Below, one piece after another: positions 43,754-64,000 of a stretch of DNA of 64,000 nt. The notes beneath the pieces were generated by a model that worked only from the letters and a program-made list of their open reading frames with translations, was not told the DNA's origin and ran no database searches. This stretch comes from Flaccisagitta enflata (taxonomy: Eukaryota), in NCBI GenBank assembly GCA_965153355.1, contig OZ231126.1, forward strand, positions 8,308,001 to 8,372,000, given 5' to 3'. Each line of letters begins with the position of its first letter. Positions within the stretch are counted from its first letter, which is position 1. The position numbers were made by a program, and so were the translations under genes.

Positions 43754-46029
43754 ATCACAGCTAATTTAATACATAAGGTTTCAAATAAATGATTACGTTA
43801 GTGATCGACGAGGGTAACCATAAGTAGTTCATGGTCGATTAACAGCAAAGTTGATAAACCAACGTAGAAAATGATCAATATGAGTGAAGTGTCATGTACT
43901 TGCATGGCTAGCCCTCCAATAGAAGGTAGCATAGCTTTTAAACCACCAAATGGCATAAAAGGTTTCATATCATATCTTAAAGCAATCAGAGACTTTCCGT
44001 GCCCAAAATCCAGGTTCTTTTTCAAACCGGGGAATTAACCATGCATATATAAATTGTATAGATTTGCTGTGAAATTCCAAAAGGATTCCTTCTTTGAGCT
44101 TGATTAATTGTGGAAAAAGCTACGCAAGTTGGAAAAAAACTGTTTTCCTTTTAAAATCACTGGACAAAGACAGGCAAATTCAGGCGAAAAATAACAATTT
44201 AAACAATATTAAAATGAAGATTTTAGCCCTGGTGAGATGAAATGGCAACAAATCAATTTCATGGGGATCGCAGATGAAAAACAATCTCCACTCAATTTGA
44301 CAACAAAACAAAGTAAAGTAACGCCCAACGCAACATCCAGTATATGTAAAAGTGTTGTTTCTGCTTAGACTTAATCATATACTGACTTTGATAATTGAAG
44401 GTATGAAAACAATCACGGATGCTGCGGCGCGTCACTTTCCAAATAAAATTACGCTTGAAAAACCAGCTTATACAAATATGAATATCGTAAATATTCTAGG
44501 TCTACGTGTTTGGATAAAAGACTCTTGCAAAAAGAGTTGAAGGTTGAGCTTGTCTTTTTAAACACAACCTGAGACTAGCACTCAAAATGACTAAGGAGGG
44601 ATTTCCAGAAGAGTTCGAGGCCAGAAAAGACTGAACCTTTGGGCGCTTTATTGGACAAAAGTTGAGAATTTTTTTTTCACCTCATATGTACATGGTTAGG
44701 TAAATTCAAAAATCCAATTATCTTTTTTTTTTAAATTATTATTTCTTTTTAACAGGTCTATTTTAAACTAAATTTGCCTAGCAATAAGATCAAGAACTTC
44801 GCTAATAATCTTTAAAATAACTGAATTAGTTTTATCTTATTATAAAATAATTTATAAATTGCATAAACAAACTTTCTTTATAAATGTAATTCTTATTCTA
44901 ACAGAAAATGGTATAAATCCAAAGTTTTTTTTTATTCCCTTTAATTTAAAAAAAAAATTCACAACCAAAATAAAAATTAAAAGGATATAAAATTTTAAAA
45001 ATAAAATATTATCCCATTAACTTGTAAAAACCGAGGGAAGGTATTTCCCAACTTTTGCTATGTGAAGCACCCAACATAAGCATCCACATAGAAATGAATT
45101 CAATTACGCAAATGGACAAAAATGAATCGGATTTTTCAAATGGACAGCGACGATTAATCTTGGTAAGAATGCGAAGTCGTTCTTTTTCCCTCTGGAGTCT
45201 GGAGTTTAAAATGCAGTGAAAGCTAAAATCGACTAAAATTAGCTGAGCTCTGACTCCACTATTTGCTACCTGAGGCAGTGAAGCTAGCTAATCATTTGTA
45301 ATGTGGGTTCCACCAATAACCAAAAGGATCACCACCCAGAAAACTACCCACGATCCCCATTGAACGATTTCTCGTGATTTTTCACTTCCGTTTCACATCA
45401 AGAAGAGGCTAGGTCCGTCTGTCTGTTGGTCAGTTACGCAAACGCTTGACGATGAACCAGGCGCTTTGTTCTTGTTTTAATCAACAAATGATGGGATGTG
45501 CAGCATACAGCATCTAATGATAGCGACTAGAGCTAGAACATGGTAAAAAGGCGGCGAGATCGTTTTATAACTGTCAAGGTCAAGGTCGGTCCTAAATTCG
45601 TGTCATGTCCAAGAATGATTGGCTTGCTTGAATTGCCTACACGGCTGGTCCTAGCCACGATACTTGTAGGCTTGTGTTGCGTCCATGGCCGGTCCTAGCC
45701 ACGATACACGAGGCAGGCTCCTATTACCCTTACGACCGATCCAAGCCACGATACATGTTGGCGATGTGTCTGAGGACGCACTCGAAGGCATTGAAGCCGA
45801 ATTTGAGTCTCCATGTAGCTTCGGCCGGTTCCAGAGTCGGCATGTAATCTTCACAACTCACCTGATGAAGAAAATCAATTCAATAGATAGTCTCCAGCTG
45901 ACACTGATAGCACACATACGTACATTCACACAAAACAATGAAACCGCTGGTCTATCGGTGCGTTTCTATGCGGCGATACCAAGCCAGACCACGCAGTGTG
46001 CCTTGTTTAGCGTCCAACGGTCGGTGCGA

Positions 46030-47025
46030 CATGTCAATTAAATCTCAGCAGTGTCAGCACCGATATCGTTAACATACCTCGTCTAGCGCAAAATGTACAG
46101 TTTTGGATTCAATTGAATCTTAGCTCCGATGTTATTTCTAACACACCTTTTTGAGCGTGAAATGTCCAGTTTACTGATTCAATTGAATTTCAGCTCCTAT
46201 GTCATTACTAATATACCTTAGTGAGCGTGAAATGTCCAGTTTGCTGATTCAATTGAATTTCAGCTCCGATGTCATTATTAATATACCTTGTTAAGCGTCA
46301 AATGGCCGGTGTGCCATGTCAATTGAATCTCAGCAGTGTCAGCAACGATATCATTAACATACAAAATGTACAGTTTGCTGATTCAATTGAATTTCAGCTC
46401 CGATGTCATTATTAATATACCTTATTGAGCGTCAAATGGCCGGTGTGCCATGTCAATTGAATCTCAGCAGTGTCAGCAACGATATCATTAACATACAAAA
46501 TGTACAGTTTGCTGATTCAATTGAATTTCAGCTCCGATGTCATTATTAATATACCTTATTGAGCGTCAAATGTCCGGTGTGCCATGTCAATTGAATCTCA
46601 GCAGTGTCAGCAACGATATCATTAACATACAAAATTTACAGTTTGCTGATTCAATTGAATTTCAGCTCCGATGTCATTATTAATATACCTTATTGAGCGT
46701 AAAATGTCCAGTTTGCTGATTCAATTGAATCTCAGCCCCGATGTCATTATCAATATACCTTATTGAGCGTGAAATGTCCAGTTTGCTGATTCAATTGAAT
46801 CTCAGCCCCGATGTCATTATCAATATACCTTATTGAGCGTGAAATGTCCAGTTTGCTGATTCAATTGAATTTCAGCTCCGATGTCATTATTAATATACCT
46901 TATTGAGCGTGAAATGTCCAGTTTGCTGATTCAATTGAATCTCAGCCCCGATGTCATTATCAATATACCTTATTGAGCGTGAAATGTCCGGTTTGCTGAT
47001 TCAATTGAATTTCAGCCCCGATGCC
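46030..47025. repeat. 70-bp minisatellite with 126-bp higher-order units
   Basis: Unit contains the palindrome ATTCAATTGAAT; 70-bp period at 46681-47020. Confidence 0.9.
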
Positions 47026-48442
47026 TCCTTTGATGAGTCCACATTCACCGACTTCAAACGCGCAAACTTCTCGTAGAAGACAAACCATCAACGTCACGAA
47101 ACTCTGGAAAAAGAATCAGGGATACCAGTTGTTGACCAATGACCATTAATGATATCATGCCAGGTTTTTCACTTCTTCTTCTCTTCTTTAAAGAAGTAAA
47201 CAGTAAATGGATGTTGTTGTATGCTCTGTGGCTCATGACGATTATAAGATCATCAAGCTGTGCTGCAGACCTTTAGATTGGCTGGTCTCCCTTAATATCT
47301 CAACCCGTACCGTTTGATTTTGTGATTTCAACGGGTAGTGTTTTACGAGTTTGAGGTGGGGGATAGGTACAAGGTTGGGGTCGGGGCAAGGATCAGGGCT
47401 ACAAGTGGGTTAGGTTTTATGTTTTTACACAAGTGCGCTTGAATTAATGATTTGCCCTTGAGGAAAAAACAAGGCCGGATAACGGGCCAAGACGGTGCGC
47501 CGGCGTTATAATTCTTTGACCTATCCTTAGCTCTATCAGAACTATGCCAAGCTCTATTGACCTAACCGTAGATAAACATAATAATGAATGAAATGACGAG
47601 TAATAAGAATTGTTAGTAATAAGAATTGTTACACCTATCCCTAGCTCTCTCAGACCTAACCGTAGATGAATATTATAATAAATGAAATGAAGAGCAACAT
47701 GAATGATATATGAGATGAGTTTTCAAGTGATTTCAAACATTTTCTGCGATTTTCAACTGGAGCGTGACCAACCGACCGACCAACCAACCGACAGACAGCC
47801 TCTTATAGAGGATCTATGGCGCGCCTAAAAACAAGTGCCAAATTGGCTAACCTGTCTGGTCCTGGTTTGTTCGGCGATCTGGTCAACTGGCATACAACGC
47901 GCCCACCAATAAATCATTTCTACGTAAGTAATCAATGAAACGTTGAAGGGACGGTCGAAAAACGAGCCCTAAAGACAAAAGGTTGAAATAAATTAATAAA
48001 TCATAAGTAAATCAAGTAACCGTACAGAGCTTTCCAGGCATTTTCAATGATCAATTGATGGATAAAGATCATTGTGTGACTTAAACTGAGTTAAAGGCCA
48101 GGGTGACAACCAATTTTCACGAAGTATTGAGTGTCAGGTGCAAAACGCCGAAGAAGCAAAAAGTGGACTTAGCACTTGACAAAGGTCAAACCCGAACATG
48201 AATCCGTCACCTCATTAAACGCCCAACTGCCGAAGCAATGAAAGATTCTTAATTCAAAAAGATTTACTTGAAATGAAAAAGTATGGCAAAGATAAATTGT
48301 GGGCCTTATTAATTTGACCCCGGCAGAGGGGAGATATTCGTCTGTTGTAGCTTAAAGTGCATCTTCGGCATGAATACTTTCTTCTTTCCCCGACATGCAG
48401 CTGATCCATCGGTTGCTATAACTTTTAGGTTTCGCAGCCAAT

Positions 48443-49027
48443 AACAAGGCCGGATACACGGGCCAAGACAGTGCGGCGGGCGTTATTAATTCTTACTAGA
48501 CCTATCCCTAGCTCTATTAGACCCATCCCTAGCTCTATCAGACCTATCCCGAGCTCTTACAGGCCTATCCCGAGCTCTATCTGACCTATCCCGAGCTCTA
48601 TCAGACCTATCCCGAGCTCTATCAGACCTATCCCGAGCTCTATCAGACCTATCCCGAGCTCTATCAGACCTATCCGACCTATCACCAGACCTATCACCAG
48701 ACCTATCCGACTTATCCCCAGCTCTTTTAGACCTAACCGTAGCTGATTATTTTACCCCCAGGAATGGAAAATGTCGAGCATCACTGATGAACGAAATGAG
48801 TTTTCAATTGATTTCAAACATTTTCAGCGATTTTTCATTCGAGCGTGACCGACGGACAAACAGGCGGACAGAACCTCTTATAGATGTGCTATGGCGCATC
48901 TGGGAATCATCTTAGCATATTTCTGAATTATTTCCAGTTATTTTTGCTTCTTTTCGAGATATTCCACTCGAGCGTGACCGACCGACCGACAGAGCCTCTT
49001 ATAAAGGTGCTATGGCGCACCTAAAAA
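48443..49027 (-). mobile_element. HINE-like element of a second family with an internal 22-bp tandem array
   Basis: AACAAGGCCGGATACACGGGCCAAG start, (AGACCTATCCCGAGCTCTATC)n, end GGCGCACCTAAAAA; related copy at ~47468-47830. Confidence 0.65.
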
Positions 49028-49640
49028 GCACTGTCTATGTGTCCATAACAAATGTCATTGTTATCGTGTTTTTTTTTCTAATTATCATATAAATGATGTA
49101 AACGAACACCCCTCATGATCTGTCCATTCCTGACTGTCAGCAGTCCCTTCATTTCAATCAATCATTTATTGGCCGCACTAATTTGTCAACGCGGCTTTGC
49201 TCTCTTATGCATTCCTACTCATTAGTTTTAAAGCGCTGTGACCTCGAGCCTAACTCTCAAGACATTCATACAAAGGCTTTTTTATATTTTTATACTTTTT
49301 GCTTCATTAATTACAAGTTAAGCCGGCTGAGATTCTAAAATGTGAATCCATGGCATTTCAACAAGATCCTGCTTCTGTACGTCAAGTAATGAAAACATTG
49401 TAACGTTATCATCTATCCCTTAATCGCTGGTATTTCAATTAGTAACTCGGGGTTACAACATCGTTGCGGACTATTGGGCAGGGGCAGATATACCCCATTC
49501 ACATCCTCTTCCCCTACACACACACAGTCACATCAGTAGCTTCATAAACGGTCGTTTTTACACATTTCAACTCAAGCATGACTGACGGTCCGATGTACTG
49601 ACAAAGCCTCTTTTAGAGGTGCGTGACCGTGTCCGAAACT

Positions 49641-49830
49641 AACAAGGCCGGATACACGGCTACCCCAGTCGCGTGCGGGTGGGCAGGGGCCATAATTGAG
49701 GTCACTCCATCATTTGGGCAGGAGCAGTGAGGCCAAAAACCGCAAAAACCCAAAAAAAGTAAAGTGTGACGGACGGACGGACCGACGGACGGACGGACAA
49801 AGTTGGGTGTAGAGTCGCGAGCACGCCATT
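49641..49830 (-). mobile_element. HINE-like element copy
   Basis: Same termini and (GACG)n. Confidence 0.7.
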
Positions 49831-49949
49831 GCACCCAATTGCAATACACGCCGCTCCTGGTCCGCGATGAAGGGGTTAAAGATCACCAATTCCGTAAGAT
49901 CGCTATGACCGAAGATCGCTAACCCTGAAGTTTGCTAAAACTATAAGTA

Positions 49950-50876
49950 TTTACATTTAGAGCCACCATACAAAGTTTCATGCAACTTCGTTGAAAAATG
50001 ACAAAGTTATGCACATTTTTCACTTTAGGCCAAAAGGCTGGTTGAGCCGGTTGGGTTGGCTATTGTTTAGATAAATAGTGTGGGTTTGTTGAGTTCTCTT
50101 CCATTTAGAGACTCTATACTATGCTTCAAATTACCAATTTGGTTGAAAATGTCCAATTTATGTAAGTTTTTACTTTTAGGCCGGTAAGCTGGTTGGGGGG
50201 TAGGTTGGCTTGGCCGGTTAGCATGCTCAACCATTAAAAAATCATATATATGTGTTGAGTCCTTCCATTTAGAGACTCATACCAAATTTCCAATCAAATT
50301 GGTTGAAAAACGCCAAAGATATGCATATTTATCACTTTTGGCTGGTAGGCTGGTTGGGTGGTAGGCTGGTTTGACAGGATAAATAGTGCGCATATGAGCA
50401 TGTTGAGCTCCCCTACCTACTTAGAGACCTTATTACCAAGTTTCAACTAAAATTAGTTGAAAATGACTAAGTTATGGGAAGTTTTTCTACTTTAGGCCGG
50501 TTGGCTGTTGTAGTAGCTTTGTCAATGATAGCTGCTCAATGCATATAATCACACACACATGTTGAGTCCTTCCATTTAGAGACTCCATACCAAATTAATT
50601 CAAATTGGTTGAAAAATGCCAAAGATATGCATATTTATCACTTTTTGGCTGGTAGGCTGGTTAGGTGGTAGGCTGGTTTGACAGGATAAATAGTGCACAT
50701 ATGTTGAGTTCTTCCATTTAGAGACCTCATACCAAGTTTCAACATTCAAATTAGTTGAAAATGACTAAGTTATGCAAGTTTTTCACTTTAGGCCGGTTAT
50801 TGCTGGGTGGTAGGCCTGGTTTGGCTGTTAGCATGCTCAAATGCATATAAATCACACACACATGTTGAGTCTTTCC
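49950..50876. repeat. Degenerate tandem repeat array ending at the assembly gap
   Basis: Recurrent CCATTTAGAGAC...TTGAAAAATG units. Confidence 0.75.
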
Positions 50877-50886
50877 NNNNNNNNNN
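50877..50886. other. Assembly gap (10 N)
   Basis: Run of n. Confidence 1.
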
Positions 50887-50940
50887 ACCCCTCCCCCCCT
50901 TGTCACTCTTAGTCGTCCTCTTCTTCCCCCCTCTTCCATC

Positions 50941-51045
50941 ATGCCGCTGTTGCTCAATCACCCTCTGTCTCTCCTCTACCCCACCCCTCCTCCACCCCGT
51001 CCCTGTCGCCTAAATCGCGCCGTTTGTCTTCCGCATTCCAACCTA
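50941..51045 (+). other. Possible corrupted exon 1 (signal peptide) of gene B next to the assembly gap
   Basis: CATCATG start context and upstream motif shared with gene A; the sequence is G-depleted, looks low quality and has no clean donor. Confidence 0.3.
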
Positions 51046-51613
51046 TCCACACCCTCCCAACCCGCAACAATCCCTCCCCCTGAACCCTTGCCTCGACAAA
51101 AGAAGATGGCATTTCTAGTACTTTTACTCCAGTTCCAAAACACATATCAAAAACCCTGAAATCTATCAATCCCACATCAGCGGGGCTTCCATTTTACCAA
51201 CCCAATACCCCAAGTCTTGCCTTCAACAAAACTCTTCTTCCTTCCTCCCCCCCCCCCCCAATTCTATACGTTTTACACGTTGTTCCATCCCTAAGCCAGT
51301 TTCTCTCTCTTTCTCTCACTCAAAATCCTTTTCTTTCTCCCATGCCCCTCCAATGCCCCTTTATTCATTATCGCAAAACGCTATTTCCATCTTCTTTATT
51401 CGAAATGCTCTCACTCCATTCACTCCCCCCTCCCCCCCCCTGCGTACCCATTATCTTCTCTTCATGACCTCTTTCACACCCTTCAATCGTACTCATCTAA
51501 CCAACCTTCCTTTTCAATCCTTCCAATATCAAAAGAAGTCAGAATCTTACGGGGGTGACCTTAACTTGAAATGGTCTTCTTTTGTATTCTCTCTGTCTGT
51601 GTCTCTGTCTTTG

Positions 51614-51694
<81 letters not shown>

Positions 51695-51714
51695 CTATAT
51701 CTATCTATATATAT

Positions 51715-51898
<184 letters not shown>

Positions 51899-52656
51899 TT
51901 CTCTTTTGACGTGTCGTGTCTGTTTTTTCTGTCTGTTCTTAATCACCTGTCACGTTCTTTCTATTTATTGGTCTTTCTGAGTCTATCTGGGAACGGTTGC
52001 GTATCTCAATCAACGTTTTTCAATGTTTTTCTCTCTGTCTGTTATCTTCTGTCTCCCTGTTTGTCCCCCTATCTGTTCCTCTGTCTGTCCTCCTATCAGT
52101 CGTCCTGTCAGTCCACCTGTCTGTCACCCTCTCTGTCTCCCTGTTTGTCCCCCTATCTGTCCTTCTGTCTGTCTCCCTATCTGTCCTCCTGTCAGTCCTC
52201 CTGTCAGTCCACCTGTCTGACTTCATGTCTGTCCTCATGTCTGTCACCCTCTCTGTCTCCCTGTCTGTCCCCCAGTCTGTCTATCTATCTGGGTCTTTCT
52301 CAATTTTCTCTCTCTCTCTCTTTGGCTGGGTTGCCTCGATCTACTTTTTGTCTCTGTTTGAACCCAAAGAGAGAGAAGGTGAAGGATGAGCGATGAGCGA
52401 TCGTTTAACGATATTCATCTCGATCTTTGTCGTAGAAATTTGACTCATTGACTTCTTTCTCTCTCTCTTACCCCCCCCCCCTCCCCCCTCCCCCCCTTCC
52501 ACACACACACAGAAAAAGATCAATCGCGTAGAAATAGAAAAAAGATGAGAGCACTTTACCTTTACTAAATTTCTTTTTTTTTCGTCTTTTCTTGTTTTGT
52601 TTCTCTTTCCTTTCAATCGTTTTTTTGATGAGTATTTGTACCAAAAAGATCTCTAA

Positions 52657-52751
<95 letters not shown>

Positions 52752-52756
52752 TGCAG

Positions 52757-62427
<9,671 letters not shown>

Positions 62428-62450
62428 GTAAGTGTTAAGTGTACCATTGC

Positions 62451-62533
<83 letters not shown>

Positions 62534-64000
62534 GCTGTACCATAATATCACCAATTTCTGTTCTTTTGAAACTTGAGACTTTTATCCTCCAGCTTTTCCT
62601 TTTTTTTTAAAGAAGGGGGTTAAAGGGTGAGAGAGTGGAGGGATTATCAAGAAAAGAGGAGTGATAAAGGGAGAAAGTAAAAGGCAAGTGTATGTATCAT
62701 GGGCCGTGTGACTCTCCTCTCAGTTGTAGTCAGTAGTCTTGAGTCTGAGAGAAATCGCTTCTTGTCTTGTCGACGATGAGGAAAATGGTTTTTGGCTTCT
62801 CTTGAATTTAAATGATGTTCTAATGAATAACTACGAAGATTTTGAATACCAACCAAGTTTCCAAGGGATCCAAGGCCAACGGGGATTCCTCATAACAATT
62901 TATATTCTTAAGCTTAATTAAGCCGAATGAACTCGGACGTTCCGTCCGCCGCAACACACACCCCCGACCCCCGACCCCCGCCCGCCCCCGGCGCCCGCCC
63001 ACCCTCTAACCCCTTCCGCCTATGGGCTCCATCCTCCCCCTTTCGGCCACAAGCTTCTTCTCCCACCCAAAAGCTTCCCTTCCCCTTCTCCCATTAGCTC
63101 TCCCTTCCCCTTTAACTCTCTCTTCCCCTTCCACCCATCGACACCCCCTACTTCTTCTGCCAATTAGCACCCCCATCCCTCTTTCGCTTATAAGCTTCCC
63201 CTTCCCATTTTCCCCCATTAGCTTCTCCTTCCCCTTCCCCCTTCCACCCATTGAGTCTCACACCCGTCAATTATCTATTTAGCTCCCCCATCCCTCTTCC
63301 CCCCATTAGCTCCCTCTTTCCCCTGCTCACATTAGCTCCCCCTTCCCCCATTTGCCCAATAGCCTCACCATCCCCCATAAGCTCCGCGAACAATTTTCAA
63401 TTAAAAAACAGTCTATGATGAGACATCCAACAAAGGAAAACATACTCGTTGGGCAGCGGCCCTGAAGGGGTCGATGACCTATGCTTTCAGACATTGTATT
63501 GTCTTCTCTTCCTCTTCTCATTATATCCCCCTTCTTCTTCATCTATTCAGCCCAGACAGGTGGAATCAAAGTCCCATATCCCCATGCAAACCTCGAGGCC
63601 CAAATCCTAGTCTTGAGGAAGAATCCCCAATGGATAAAACCTCACCCAAGGCCCAATTCCAGGGAATTGGGATTTGGGAACAAGAAATGGGAAATGGAAA
63701 CAGATGAGATGCTGAGGCCTCAGGCTGGGGGTGGCGGAGGGGAAAAAGAAAATTCATATAGTGAAATCATGGGTCATCGACCCCCGGGCCTGCCCTGCTC
63801 CCCCCTCAACTTCAACCACAACCTACTTAAGCAGGGCACGGGTACCGCTGACCATTGTTTTTACAAATTTTATTTAGGACAATGGTAAAAGAAATTGTAT
63901 TGTACATTCTCTGTCCACTGGAGAAGATATGACGCACGGGTTGAGACATGACACTGATATGAAAGTAGAGACACTGGTAGAGTTTACCTATACGCTTTTT

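Noticed and set aside
47030-47062. Hammerhead-like TGATGAGTCC (also CTGATGAACGAAA at ~48784)
   Set aside because: Missing the C of CUGAUGA or stem II, and no properly placed GAAA and cleavage helix.
62862-62892. GIQGQRGFL as a next collagen B exon
   Set aside because: Only three triplets, no donor, and it does not match the expected GxxGLDGAKG segment.

Overview
Eukaryotic (invertebrate-looking) repeat-rich genomic DNA with two intron-containing fibrillar collagen genes arranged head-to-head. Gene A (minus strand, ATG 37809 to TAA 7910) is complete: signal peptide, a half-VWC exon, duplicated furin-site/N-telopeptide exons, an uninterrupted Gly-X-Y main helix and a COLFI C-propeptide lacking Cys2 and Cys3. 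Gene B (plus strand, from ~50.9-52.8 kb) runs off the window: full VWC, variable linker exons, minor helix and the start of the main helix. The main signal is apparent modular alternative splicing. Two paralogous 108-nt helix exons lie only 49 nt apart, and only one fits the canonical 843-residue spacing between the two helical cross-link lysines, implying mutually exclusive splicing inside the triple helix. Gene A also has a duplicated RxRR-telopeptide exon, and gene B has short and long duplicated linker exons. A ~10-kb intron of gene A holds a decayed hAT-like transposon (7-bp TSD) with a nested 5.3-kb foldback element (9-bp TSD). DINE-1/HINE-like elements, MITEs, minisatellites and microsatellites fill the introns, and there is a 10-N gap at 50877-50886. 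Exon models were built by hand from reading frames and splice signals; no expression data were available.
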